From Octopus vulgaris (Eukaryota): a stretch of DNA of 64,000 nucleotides. Below the pieces are notes generated by a model, which saw only the letters and a list, made by a program, of their open reading frames with translations, ran no database searches and was not told the origin of the DNA. The translations under genes were made by a program, and so were the position numbers. The stretch spans positions 15,810,001-15,874,000 of the forward strand of contig OX597838.1 in the NCBI GenBank assembly GCA_951406725.2, written 5' to 3'. Shown one piece after another: positions 41,161 through 56,344 of this stretch (position 1 is the stretch's first letter; every line of letters begins with the position of its first letter).

Positions 41161-41681
41161 CATGCATATACACACACATATATATATATATATACAAACA
41201 TAGATACATACACATATATATATATATATACAAACATAGATACATACACATACATGTACGTACGTACATACATACATACATACATACATACATACATACA
41301 TACATACATACATACATACATACATACATAGAGACGTACGGACACCCACATTCACAACAGAAGTAGAAAAGTTAATATATCTTATGGCAAACACTCGTAC
41401 GATAAACGATGCCAATATCTTGACATTTCTTGAGTTAAAATATTTATCAAACGGACTTCAACCATTTCAGGGTTTAACGCTGGAGTGGCAGAGTGGGAGT
41501 GGGGATAGTTGGAGAGTGAAACAGCATTCAGTCATGAATTAAAACCGGATCACGATCCTAGTTGAACCTGCATTTAAACCCCTATAAACAACTTGAACTC
41601 GACTCTGTGACGGAAGTAAAGGCATTATGGTCTTCTCGGCTAGAAATAGCAGCTAAAGCTTTTGCAACTGATGTGCTAGTG

Positions 41682-42003
41682 CAATGCTTTTCAACCGGGG
41701 CCCATATAAGATTTTGAAGGGTTCACATAGCAAGACAGTAAATTGGGGATCCACAGTAGTATTTTAAGGGCCCCTGAAAAAATTTTGCTTTAGACATGTA
41801 TTGGTATGCATTGCAAGAAACAGCTAGGTCTCTGTCTCTAACGTTTTACATAGTTCAACTTACACAATTTAATGTGTGATGAACAAAACAGGAATTTTGA
41901 GCGATCTATGAAACTAGTTTTTAAACATCAAATAGCTATGGGAGCCCACCGTAATAAAATAGCAACCACAGGGATCCATGAGTAGAAAATGGTTGCGGAC
42001 CTG
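41682..42003. mobile_element. hAT (Charlie-like) MITE, degenerate
   Basis: Ends CAATGCTTTTCAACC and GGTTGCGGACCTG; possible 8-bp TSD TGCTAGTG/TGCTGGAG. Confidence 0.45.
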
Positions 42004-42236
42004 TGCTGGAGTATGCAGTGTATATTTTTATCTTTTACCCTTTTACTTGCTTCAGTCATTGATCTGCGACCATGCTGGGGCACCACATTGAAGGTTTTTA
42101 GTCGAACCTATCACCCCTAGTATTTAGGTTTTAAATTCTGGTAGTTATTCTATCGGAATTCTTTAGACAACTGCTATATTATATATGTATGTATATATAT
42201 ATACACATTTTTATGTGTTTCATATACAACGTATGT

Positions 42237-42309
<73 letters not shown>

Positions 42310-42571
42310 AGAGAGAGATACATATGTATACATATGTATATGCATGTGTGTGCTCGTGTGCGCGCGTGTGTCGTGTATGTATGTATGTAAGAAAAATTCC
42401 AATGCATGGTTTTTTTTTTCCATTCCATCCGAGTTACATAGACACTCCCTTGTCACCCATACCAACGGAAGTGAACCAATGATTGGCAGTTTGGGAAGGA
42501 CGGGTACTAACGACGTCATTGTTCACAAATTGCATGACAAAAAACCCGTATCTTCTACTTCTGCTGCTGCG

Positions 42572-42966
<395 letters not shown>

Positions 42967-43485
42967 AGTCACGGTGACATCAAAGGCTGACCAGGAAACA
43001 CCTGCCGCCTTGACAAAAACTCCTTATGCATTGATCCTGTTTTAAGGGTCAATCTGTTCGTAGTTCAGAGGGGCGAAGCAAAAGAGGGAAATGAGTGGGC
43101 TTAGCAAAGCTCGGGTGGGATGGGGTGCAGTTAGGGAGAGTAAGGTACATGACGGGATAGATGGGAGGTGGAGCAAGGGGGCAGAGAAAGGAGAGGGGTT
43201 TACCAACCGCACCCATCCCGGAAACAAATTCAAATGTTCAAGCGAAGACTCTACTGGTGGATAAATCCTTTCCACCGAAATCATCGCGCGCCTTACGTCC
43301 TTTCGGGGTCGATAAAATAAGTACCAGCTGCGGACTCGGTGTCCATGTAATCGACTAACTCCCTCGGTGAAATTTCTGGCCTTATGCCAAAATTTGAAAC
43401 CGTTATCATTGTTGTTGTTGCTATATGTGAGTGTGTGTATGTGTGTGTGTGTATTTATCTTATGAGTATTTGCGTGTATGCATGC

Positions 43486-43517
<32 letters not shown>

Positions 43518-44258
43518 TTGTGTGTATCTATATAATACTATTATGTATATATCCATGTATATTATCTATGTGTCTATATATATATACATATATATATACA
43601 TATACATATATATATATACATGTATAAAAAATAAATATAAAAATACAAAATGGGACAAGAACGCAAAACATTCAAATAGACGATACAAAAAACGCCTCTA
43701 ATCTTCAGTCAAGAACCAGATCATCCTCGCAATTTCGGCTGATATTTACATATACATGCAAACTATTTCATATTTATGGGTGAGTGCAGATGCACATATG
43801 TATCTATGAACTTGTCTTTTGTGTGTGTGTCTATTTGTCTGGACTTCCTAATTCCTCTCAGTGAGGAAGAAGGTTTTCCAATACGTTTAACATGGTCGAA
43901 CATAATTTAAATGCCACCAAATCACAAAACGCTAACAATGTTATGTAATGACTGTAACCACTACCACCTCCCCATACCACCACCACCATCCTCACCAACA
44001 CTATGATCACTAACACCCTAAGCACCACTACTACTGAGTTAAAACACCAGCAAAAGCCCGTGTTAAGTACAGTCACCAGCCGCAGCAGCAGCAACACCAC
44101 CACCACCAACAACAACAGCAGCAGTACCAGCGTGGCTACGAGTGTTGACTCTTATTTCTAGCAATGCTGGCAAAAATTTCTGCTAAATTATCTTATTGCT
44201 GTTTGTTCAAACGCTTATTAGGATTTTACCAATCCGCCATCTTCGGATAAAAGCTGGC

Positions 44259-44312
<54 letters not shown>

Positions 44313-44535
44313 GGAGGGAGAAAAGGGAGAGAAACAGAAACGGAGAAAAGGTACCAAAATGGAAGAGTTGACAGCAACAGGATGAAAGACAGAGTGTGAG
44401 TTATAATTAGATGCACATAGATAGATAGGTATGTATGTATGTATGTATGTATGTATGTATGTATGTATGTATGTAGGTAGGTAGGTAGGTAGGTAGGTAG
44501 GTAGGTAGGTAGGTAGGTAGGTCGGTAGATGGATG

Positions 44536-44618
<83 letters not shown>

Positions 44619-45635
44619 GAATTTGTGGTCAAAATTAGGAGACATTTTAGAAAAATAACGGCTGCATTATATTAGAAGTAATATTGGGAAAAGTAACAAA
44701 AACGAACAGGGAAATTTACAAGAAAAACGAAAGGAAATCCTTTACAATTCCGGTCCTAAAATATTATCCTTCATCAAACAGTGTCTCGTTGCGAGAGGAT
44801 TAAAAAAGAAAGTGTAAAATATAAAACGAAATCATCAGAGAAAATACCTTATTTTACAAAAAAATACGATAATAATGAGACACAATGTGAGAATATATAA
44901 GGTACAAAACAAAACGAATGTATATATGTGTGTACGTTTCGTTTTGTACTTCCATGAATAGAAAGGTGCGTGTGTAAGCACACACATATTGTCCATCTAT
45001 ACATCTATGTATCTATCAATCCATAGTCCCTGCATTCTCCATGTCAAGTAATCTCTTAATCAACATAGATTAAAAGCACTAGATCCTGTTTCACCACCGC
45101 AACCATATAGGCAATAGTGTAAGATAAGGTCCATTTTACAACGTATCAAAGTAATTTCATGTTTTTCTTACATCAAATCAACACATCCTATGGCGTAATA
45201 GCTCACTTTTACGTTATAAGAGCGAGTTTATTTCTACCTGCCCACACAAAGCCAAATTCATCCTCGGAACTTCAATATATGCGTGTATGTGCATATGTGT
45301 GTGTGTCACGCGTGTGTGTACAGAGAGAAAGGGAGCGAGAGAGAGAGAGAGAGAGAAGAGAGAGAGCGAGAGAGGAAGAGGAAAGAAAGAAAGCTGAAGA
45401 GAGTAATTAGGGGCACCAAGTACTCTGGTTCCTCACAGTTAATCCTTATCGCTTGCATTTAGTCTCAAGAGTTTTGACTCTAGATGAAATCGTTGGTCAC
45501 TGAGAGACTGAGGGGTTTTTGAACCTTTCAACTCTCGCAATCAATAATAAATGCATGCATGTATATATATATATATATATATATAAGTACACGCACACAC
45601 ACATATATATATATATATACGTGTATCTCTCTCTT

Positions 45636-45698
<63 letters not shown>

Positions 45699-45717
45699 AT
45701 ATATATGTATATGTATG

Positions 45718-45810
<93 letters not shown>

Positions 45811-46778
45811 ATACATACATACATATACATAAGTATATACATACATACACACACACACGCACACACGTACACTCATTTATTTATACGTGTGAATATGTGA
45901 ATGTTTGTATTGCAAAGGAAGGGTCTAATTTGTAAACTGTATTGTTAAAAGGATGTTGTGGGAACTACGTTAAGTAGAAAAATCATTGGAGCGTGAAAGC
46001 TAATGGAAATTTTATAACATACATGCATGCATACAGACATCGACAGACAGATATGTATATACACATACATGTGGAAACAACAAAACACATACCGTGTATG
46101 CGTGTGTGCCGCGCGCAAGTGTGTTTGCGTATGTGTGTGAGTGTGTGTGCGCGTGTGTGCGTGTGCGTATTGACACACCTCAACAAACACATGCCATCCG
46201 CTTTACCGCAGCACACAATCCTGAAACGTAGGCATACACACATGCACATACATACATACATACATACATACATACATACATACATACATACATACATACA
46301 TACATACATACATACATAAAACATACATACATACATACATACATACATACATACATACATACATACATAAAACATACATACATACATACATACATAATAC
46401 ATACATACATACATACATAATACATACATACATACATACATACATACATACATGCATACAACGTTAAAACAACCATTAATAGTCACATCCAAATCGGCAT
46501 TTAATGGAGTGTTGTAGAATGAAATAATAGGTAAGTGTTGACAGTGGAATATATAAATATATACACACATACGTACTCGCCCGCACACACACTCACGCAT
46601 GCGCGCGCATATGTTTATGTGTAAGAGCGATATATATATATATATATCAGCCGAGATTGCGAGGATGATCCGGTTCTTGACTGATGATTGAGGGCTTCGA
46701 ATGTCCCGTCCTGTGTTTCTTGTGTCGTCTTCTGGGTGTTTCACGTTCTTGTCCCGGTTTGTATATATTTTTTTAACT

Positions 46779-46819
<41 letters not shown>

Positions 46820-46848
46820 TTATTGTATGGGGAAGATGGGGAAGATAA

Positions 46849-46898
<50 letters not shown>

Positions 46899-46957
46899 TC
46901 CCCATCTTCCCCATACAATAACCATTCCTCAAGTACTCTGCTTGCTATTTCCAGAAA

Positions 46958-47085
46958 TGGCTCTGACGAAAGTAGCATTAATTTTCTTAGGTTTTCCAAT
47001 GTTCCTCAATTGATCATCAATAGACCGGTTGAGTAAACCTATCAGTAATGTACCTATGTTGACTACTGGAAACAGCTGTAAGCCA
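46958..47085 (+). ncRNA. Type I hammerhead ribozyme-like motif with long stem II
   Basis: Stem I TGGCT/AGCCA, core CTGACGA, stem II AGTAG/CTACT (basal pair A-G mismatched) enclosing about 87 nt, GAAA, stem III ACAGCTGT, triplet GUA; AATAAA about 10 nt downstream. Confidence 0.7.
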
Positions 47086-47147
47086 AACCTGCTCCAATAA
47101 AGGAATTATATGTAATGGCCATTATTTTGAACTTATTTCTGATATGT

Positions 47148-47208
<61 letters not shown>

Positions 47209-47913
47209 TGTGTTTGTCCCCCTAGTATTGCTTGACAACCGATGCTGGTGTGTTTATGTCCCCGTTACTTAGCGGTTCGGCAAAAGAGACTGATAGAATA
47301 AGTACTGGGCTTACAAAGAATAAGTCCCAGGGTCGATTTGCTCGACTAAAGGCAGTGCTCCAGCATGGCCTTAGTCAAATGACTGAAACAAGTAAAAGAG
47401 TAAAAGAGTAAAAGAGAGAGAGAGTGTGAGGGTGCGTGTATGTTTTTTTTTTCCTCCTTTTTGCTGAGAGAAGTAGAATGAAAGTTCTGGGGAGGGGATT
47501 GTTTGTTTATTTCTTTGTTTTGGTTTTTTTTTAAGGCAGTGTCCATTACTTCAACACCATCTTCTCTATCTCTGTTGCATATTTATGGGTCATTAGAATA
47601 AACTCGGTGGGGGTCAAGTGACCTCTAAGGGTTTCCATGAACTGTAAAATGGCCACGAAATAATTTATGTTCGTTGAGAGAAAGAGAGGGGAGGAGAGAC
47701 AGAGAAACGGAGAGAGGGTGGGAGGGAGTAGGAGGTGAAGGAAGACGTAAAACATTAGAATTAACGAGAAACGTGGAGCGTTGGAGATGATGCTTAATGC
47801 TGCTCCACTTTGGCATAATATAAATCTTTTATCGCTTGCTTGCTTCATTGACTGGACTGGGGTCATGCTGAGGTACAAGCCTTAGAGAGTTTTGGAGAAC
47901 AAATCAATCTCAG

Positions 47914-48492
47914 TACAATTAACTGCCGATTATCCGGCATCGCTGGGACATTAGAGAGTGCCGGATTAGTGAGTTTGCCGGATTAGCGAGTTTGCCGGAT
48001 TAGTGTGTTTGCCGGATTATCAATTGATTGATTATTGTAGGTTAGGTTACCCTGTAAATCAGTACAAGTTGGTTAATAAGGAAAAGAGAAACATCAAATG
48101 AAATTTTAGTGAAATTTTAATGAAATCAAATGAAATTTTAATAAAACCCAGGTAAAATGCGTGGTAAAGTATTGGTACATTAGTTCAAAGATCATCACTG
48201 AGATAAGGGGATATCAGGACTCTCATCTTCATCATCTTGTAAGGTGAGTGAAATGTCAGGAACTGATGGTGACAGCGGCAGCACATCTGGGCGAGATAAT
48301 GTTGAAAGCATTGGATTTTCAAATGATGACTCCTTTGTTCTACACTTTCTAGCTTTTTTTTTCTTTTTTAACATATCTTGCAAGCTAAACTGTTTCGTAT
48401 ATTTGACCTTTCTCAGCTTATCCTGCAACAAATAAATGTTGATTATTTCTTGCTCTCTTATAAAACTGCGTTGCTCTAGACCTTTTAACAGT
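47914..48492 (-). mobile_element. Tigger/pogo-like DNA transposon 3' fragment
   Basis: TIR-like TA|CAATTAACTGCCGATTATCCGG with about 17-bp subterminal repeats TGCCGGATTAG; minus-strand KGLEQRSFIREQEIINIYLLQDKL..KQFSLQDMLKK resembles Tigger-type C-termini. Confidence 0.55.
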
Positions 48493-49004
48493 TCACACAT
48501 ACACACACACACATATATATATATATAAATATGACGGGCTTCTTTCAGTTTTCGTTTACCTAATCCATTCACAAGGCTTTGGTCCACCCGAGGTTATAGT
48601 AGAAGACACTAGCCCAAGATGCTACGCGGTGGGACGGAATCCGAAGCCATGTGGTTGGGAAGCAAGCTTCTTACCACACAGCCACGCCTGCCCCAATGTG
48701 TATTTTCAGTTAATAAGCATCCTAAGTTATTATTTGGCTATTTACTTTGGTAGTTATCGTAGTTAAATGAAACATGAGATGCATTTTCTTTGACTTTTCC
48801 ACGCTATTCTTTTCTGCGGGGCAAATCTGGGATGTTCTACGCTCTAGATTAAGTGCACTTGAAGGTATAGAAATGCATAAAAAACCGCTAACTGGCTGAA
48901 CTGCAGAGTAAATCTGTGGATGCAAGCTCGCATCCAAGGCATGCTGTGAAATGTAATACAACTATTTACTGAAGAAAATCATCGCACACCATTTTTGCTC
49001 CCTT

Positions 49005-49225
49005 CACATGGTAACTACATGCGGACTGTGGGCGATTTTTTTCCCCCCGTCTTCCTTTTCTTTTGAACTTTCTTCTGTCTCCTGTTTCTGAAGAAGCGCT
49101 TTGCTCGAAACGTTAAAGGTCCTTTCTTTCCTTCTCTGAGCGTCTTATTAATACTTTGCATGTACCACGTCCTCGTGTTGTTGTTTTTTCTTGTCTTTTT
49201 TCTTCGTTTTTTTTTTATTACTAAC
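49005..49225 (+). mobile_element. About 210-bp Penelope-related repeat carrying a minimal hammerhead motif (49085-49117)
   Basis: TTT CTGAAGA A GCGC TTT GCTC GAAA C GTT AAA; homologous copy at 52625-52831 minus. Confidence 0.65.
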
Positions 49226-50417
49226 TATAATATATATATATATATATTTACATACGTACACACACACACACGTTTTTATCTTTTGCTTATTATAGTCATT
49301 GGTCTGCGGTCATGCTGGAGCACCACCTTGAAACGTTTAGTCATGCAAATAGACCCCAGTACTTATTTTAAAATCCGGCACTTATTCTATTGTACCTGAT
49401 TGTCGAAAAGCTAAGTTATGGGGACGTAAACGAACAAACAATGATTGCTTGTCGACGGTGGAGATAAACACAAGAATACACAAAATGTCATATACACGGG
49501 ATTCCGTACAGTTTCCGTCGACCAACTTCATAGTAAGGGCTGGACATCATATTTCTAAGGATGTTGTGGAATTAAAAGCTTAATATTTTGGGAGGTAATA
49601 CACACACAAGTAGATAGGTGTAGCTGTGTGGTAAAAAGCTTGCTTTCCATCCGCATGGTTCTGGGTTCAGTCCTACTGCGTGGCACAACATAAAGAACGA
49701 CCCTTCATCAATTGTAGGCTGTTTTTCTACTCCACATTTCGACATACAAATATATATGTAAAGGCCACATGGACCAACGTTGTCGTAATAGGAAAAACTT
49801 TAAATATTCACGACCGTTATGGTTACGATCGTAGCTCGTCTCAATCTAGGATTGACTTGCGATTAAACAAAACGAAACCAAAACAAAACCATTCACAACA
49901 ACAGCAACAACAACAACATCGAGAATATCAGCAGCAACAAAAATACAACAACAACAACGACAGCGATGACGCTTTCAACATCCACCACAGAATAAAGTAC
50001 ATTTCAAAACAGCAACAACAACAACAAAAATATCAACAAACAAATTTGATAACAACAGCAACAAAAACTTAATCACCACCGAATCGAACTGTTGGGCGGG
50101 ACAGAGCCTGTTGCACCGAATAACCCTACTTTCTGCTGCTACCACTACGACGATAACCACCACCACCACCACCACTACCACCACCACAGCCACCAGTATT
50201 ATCATCCGAGCCGCCGTCTGTGTCGTAGCCACTGGCTGCTTCCTGCTGCCTCTTAGCAATTACGTTGCAACACCTTCGAAATCGCGGCCGTCCTGCACTC
50301 AATGACCTTGCGACTAGAAACACGCTGGTGTCGCTTCTCTCTGGATTAGCGAAAGACACCGTTCGCTCATTAAAAAAAAACACAAAAAAAACTGAAGCCT
50401 CACTGACACGCTTATAT

Positions 50418-50420
50418 GCG

Positions 50421-50492
<72 letters not shown>

Positions 50493-50583
50493 GTGTGTGT
50501 GTGTGTGTGTGTATGTGTGTGTGCGTGTGTGTGTGTGTGTGTGTGTTTGAGTGTTTGTGTGTGTGTGTGCGTGTGTGTGTGTT

Positions 50584-50661
<78 letters not shown>

Positions 50662-50668
50662 TGTTTGT

Positions 50669-50747
<79 letters not shown>

Positions 50748-50760
50748 ATGTGTGTGTGTA
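50418..50760. repeat. (TG)n microsatellite, imperfect
   Basis: Tandem TG. Confidence 0.97.
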
Positions 50761-51004
50761 CGTATGAATGTATGTATGTACAAACCTTTAAAGATATAGA
50801 TATACACACACACACATATATACATACTTATAAATATACATATACTCTACACACTCTCACACACACACATACACATATATACACATGTAATATAATAGGC
50901 ATAATATATGTATGTGTGTGTATGTGTGTGTGTGTGTGTATTCTTCTGTGCAGACACCAATACATTTGTATATAGATCTATGTGTTTGTCTATGCGAGAG
51001 AGAG

Positions 51005-51043
<39 letters not shown>

Positions 51044-51340
51044 GAGAGTGCCCGTGTTTACGTGCGTACTTGCGTGTGTATACCCATCCGTATAGACATT
51101 TATGTACAGAGAGTTATGGTTGACTAACGAAGTACTCTTTGCAATCATGTGAAAGCGCATTCGATCCCAGCTGCGTGGTATGTTTTGTAATTATCACTTA
51201 TAGCTTCAGCTCGGCTCAAACCATGCGAGTGAAAGTGGGCTGCAGAAACTGTAAGGAAGCCCATTTGATAGGCCGTAATCAAAAGCCCGTGTATACCACA
51301 CCGTCTATACTGACACTCTAATGACGCCAGTTCGTCGTCT

Positions 51341-51436
<96 letters not shown>

Positions 51437-51862
51437 ACTTTGGGTATCGAAAAGTGTGTAACAGTAGTTGATACCTAGCGAGCAATCATTCTGTCTACAT
51501 ATCTATCAATCTCCGTGTGTGCGAATATAAATAGTCATACGCATGCACACACACAAACACAGGTACACACACGCACAAACACAAACACAGGCGCATACAC
51601 ACACACGCACAAACACACTCACACACGCACGTTTTAAAAGAAAGGAGTACCTGTAACTTCGAAATTTTGCTGGAGAACCTTTTAAAACGTATCAATGTTG
51701 CCCTATTCAAGACATAGAATTTTACGTGTCGCTAGACCTAACGAGTTAGTGTTTGATTGGCCTCTTCGACGAAATTTCCATGGTCAACCGCTTTTTATAT
51801 CTACGTATTTGACACTATAGCACGTCGTTGGTCGTTTCTTCAGTTAATTCTCTTTGTAGATA

Positions 51863-52257
51863 TCTATATATATAAAAGTGAGGTGGTGTGGTGTCTGTCT
51901 CCTACGATTTAGATTCCTAACTGCTCTCACATTTTGCGGTGCAGTTTAACCAAAAGCGGGTATCTTATAGTCGTGATTCATATCGAGCCCTTCTTGGTAT
52001 TAGCGCGCGTCTACGATGAGTCTACGATTTAAAAAAAAAATTTACCATAATTTTTTCCCATTTTTAATGCATTTTTGGCATATATAAGGGAAGTAAATCT
52101 CTAAAAATGTATTATTAAATCTCAGAACGTAAAAAGCTACAGTAACACCCCCTTTGTGGTTAGCTATATTGAGATGGCTATTATACTTTACATCCCTAAA
52201 AATGCTTATATAGTTATTTCCCTTACAAACCCGAGCAACGCCGGGCGATACTGCTAG
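51863..52257 (+). mobile_element. Non-autonomous Helitron (same family as 12502)
   Basis: A|TCTATATATATAAAAG ... CCCGAGCAACGCCGGGCGATACTGCTAG|T. Confidence 0.88.
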
Positions 52258-52309
52258 TTAAAAATAATATCATCTCTCTCTAGATGACCAGACGGTAGAA
52301 TCGTTAGCC

Positions 52310-52540
52310 AGGGATGGCTTGGATCTATAGTCTTCAAATCTGCTTTCTCCTTTCTAGTTTGAGAAACCTAATTCCTCAAGATTGTTACTTAGGCAGTGTG
52401 TTACATATCTCAGTGCCTCAATAATTACAGGTATAAACATGAACTTGTAATCTGTGTAGAGTAACTGTAGAGTTCTCAATAATTCAGTGTATATATTTTC
52501 TTTCTTCGCTTATTTTTTAGCTTTATGTTAAGATCCGCTG
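52310..52540 (-). pseudogene. R4/Dong-like RLE relic
   Basis: Homologous to 16935-17140 (CAATAATTACAGGTATAAAC, AGCTTTATGTTAA); 5' break abuts (TATG)n. Confidence 0.75.
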
Positions 52541-52595
52541 ATGTATGTATGTATGTATGTATGTATGTATGTATGTATGTATGTATGTATGTATG

Positions 52596-52624
<29 letters not shown>

Positions 52625-52627
<3 letters not shown>

Positions 52628-52831
52628 GTTAATTCAAACAAGAAAGCACAAAAAAATACAACGCGAGGACGTGGAACAAATATAGTATTATTGGACGCTC
52701 AGGAAAGAAGGAAAGAAGGAGGGTTTAACGTTTCGAGCGGAGCTCCTCGTCGGAAATATAGGAGAAGGAAAGATCCAGAGAAGGGAAGACAGAGGGAAAA
52801 AAATCGCCAACGGTACACACGCGGTCACATT
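52625..52831 (-). mobile_element. About 210-bp Penelope-related repeat with a minimal hammerhead motif (52724-52756)
   Basis: Minus strand TTT CCGACGA G GAGC TCC GCTC GAAA C GTT AAA; inserted in (TATG)n. Confidence 0.65.
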
Positions 52832-52878
52832 GTATGTATGTATGTATGTATGTATGTATGTATGTATGTATGTATGTA

Positions 52879-52910
<32 letters not shown>

Positions 52911-53321
52911 CATGTATGTATGTATGCATGTATGTATGTATGTATGTATGCATGTATGTATGCATGTATGTATGTATGTGTATGAATGTATGTAGTTATG
53001 TGTGTATGTGTATGTATGTATGTACGTATGTATGTATTAATGTATGTATGCATGCACGCATACATATGTGTACGCATGTGTGTATGCACGTCGTATGCAT
53101 GTATGTATGTATGTTTACGACGGGCTTCTTTTGTTTCTGTGTACCGTATATATATATATATACGCTCTAAGATACACAAGTTCCCATACACTTCGGCACA
53201 CACGTGTACTTTTCCCCGGTCATACATACGCTCACTACATATATTCACGCACAGAAACCAGCTTACTCACTCGATCACTCTTTCGCCCACCCACTCAAAC
53301 TCTCTCTCTCTCTCTCTCGCA

Positions 53322-53383
<62 letters not shown>

Positions 53384-53773
53384 CACACACGCACGCACAC
53401 ACGCACGCACACACACGCTTCTGAAGCCAACCAGAAAAAAATATGAAAGTGTGTTAAATATAACCATATAGATTAACTGATTAAATTGTAGTCATTATCT
53501 TAAGTATTCTGTCAACACTGCTTATATAAATACATATATACATGCATGTATGCCATTACGTGGGTGTTTATGTGTGTGTTTCTAGATATGTTTACATATA
53601 TACATACATATGTGTGTGTGTGTGTGTGTGGTAAGATTCTTGCTTCCTAACCACATGGTACCGGGTTCAGTACCACTGCGTGGCACCGTGGGCAATAGTC
53701 TTCTACTATAGTCCCGGGCCGACTAAAGACTTGTATGCGGATTTGGTGGACGGAAACTGAAAGAAGCCCGTAG

Positions 53774-53853
<80 letters not shown>

Positions 53854-54069
53854 TGTGTGTATTTGTGTTCCCCCTCCCCGTCACCGCCTGGCAACCGGTG
53901 TCAGTGTTTTTACATCCCCGTAACTTAGCGGTTCGACAAAAGAACGATGGAATAAGTAAAGGGTTACAAAAAAGACAAGTACTGGTGTCGATTTATTCGA
54001 CTAAAAATTCTTCAAGGCGTTGCCCGTGCCCCAGCATGGCCGCAGTCTAATGACTAAAATAAGTAAAAC

Positions 54070-54127
<58 letters not shown>

Positions 54128-54139
54128 AAGATACATACA

Positions 54140-54173
<34 letters not shown>

Positions 54174-54502
54174 CATATACACACGCATGCATACATACAT
54201 ACACACACACATACATATACATCGAAATTACGTCGTGGGTGATCGTCAATGTTGCTAAATGCTGGTAGTGGTAGTGGTGGTGGTGGTAAAGCTCCTGATT
54301 ACATTGTGCCAGGTCACTGGGTGCATTTTGAAAATGCAAGCAGCTGTGCCTTGTTAGTACTTATTGATTTCTAACTCACTCCCTTACCCTCCTTCATCTC
54401 TACCTACTTTCTAACCTACTTATCTACCTCTCTCTGTTTCTGTCTCTCTCTCTCTCTCTTCGACTTCTTTCTGTCTATGTCTATCTATTTCGGTCTGTCT
54501 GT

Positions 54503-54602
<100 letters not shown>

Positions 54603-54636
54603 GTATCTATCTATCTTTCTATCTATCTATCTATCT

Positions 54637-54706
<70 letters not shown>

Positions 54707-56002
54707 CCTAACATCTTTGCCTATGTTTGTCTCTGTATGTCTTCAACTTGCTCTCTCTTTTTCTCTCCCTCTATTTATCTATCTATGTGAGTGTGTGTGT
54801 GTGTGTGTGTGTGTGCGTGTGTGTGTGTAATACATATATAATTATACACACACACACACACACAACACAGAGTCAGACAGATAGACAGATCGATCGATCG
54901 ATAGATAGATCCATCCGTCCATATTATCTTTGGAAGATGAGACTTGACACGTCATAAGAAATATGCTGTATTCAGTTACCTTAAACATTTCCCCTCCTTT
55001 ATCTTGGTTGATACACTTTTCTAGAATATATCCATTATCCATTGTCCATTCTTACCCATTCTATTATCAATATTCTTTTTATTATCCTCGATTAGAAATC
55101 CAAGGAAACGCAAGACTTATACATTCGTTGTCATTCTTTGCCGGTCAATGTCTTTGTATTCTTCCATTGTAAAACGTTAAATCATTCATTTAGTTTTATT
55201 TCTTTGGGGTATTCGCTCAGAGAAATACTTTCGGTTCTATAAAGCCGTGCAATCGCTTATTCTAGTGCAATGGTTTTGTTAACTGGACCGGTGGTGCTCG
55301 CTTGGTACTGTTGTGAACTCAAAAGAGGGTGACAAATGTCACGGAGGACGCCATGGAGGGAGTGCTGTGTGTTTTGTGAGTCGTGATTTTTCTTAGAAAT
55401 AATATATTTAACCCAGGTAGAAAGCTTACATTTTAAACACATTTCCACAAAGAAAAAAAAGAAAAGAAAAGGTAAGGCGTGGTTTTGCGGTACGAAACTT
55501 CCATCCCACCTATATCGTTCCTAGTTCAGTCCCACTGCATGGCACTTTGGGCAAGTGTCTTCTTTCTATGGCTTCGGGCCGACCAAAGCATTGTGAATAG
55601 CTTTAGTAGAGAGAAACTGATAGAAGCCCGTCCGGGCGGCTTTTAAGCTAGTATATAGCTTGAGCCTGAATGAGAAGATTTGTAAACATATCTCTGACTT
55701 TGTTTTGGAGAATTTGTTGCAATTGCTTCCTCTGGAGTCATATCCCAATGACGATCATACTCGTCGCAAAAGGTCATGTAAAAAAAAATCGCTGAAAACA
55801 ATCATAGTAACTTGAGAATTCAAAATTTCAGGATTGTGGGTCCGGATTCGGCCAGGAATGTTTTTAATTTACTCATGGAGTCAGCCTGATTCCAAAATGG
55901 TATGATATGTTGGGCTACGGCCTCTAAGAGTAAAGTGGAAAAAGTGTGACACACTGACACACTAACAGCCACATCTATCATATTATATTATTATATTATA
56001 TT

Positions 56003-56210
56003 AAGACGGCGAGCTGGCAGAATCGTTAGTACGCCAGGCGGAATGCTTGGCGGTATTTCGTCTTCCGTTAGGTTTTGAGTTCGAATACCGCCGAGGTTGA
56101 CTTTGCCTTTCATCCTTTCGAATTAGCACCAGTTATGTACTGAGGTCGATATAATCGACTTAATCCTTTCCCCCAAGATTTGAGGCCTTGTGTTTCCAAT
56201 AGAAAGGATT
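56003..56210 (+). mobile_element. SINE family A (short-tail type)
   Basis: GGCGAGCTGGCAGAATCGTTAG head, GAGTTCGAATACC B box, GCCTTTCATCCTTTCG body. Confidence 0.85.
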
Positions 56211-56306
56211 TATTAAAGTTGAAAAAGTGTGACACACTGGCATTCATATTTATTACATTAGATATGTTTAATTTGGGGGAAATTTTATTTCAATTAAAGT
56301 TTATTT

Positions 56307-56344
<38 letters not shown>

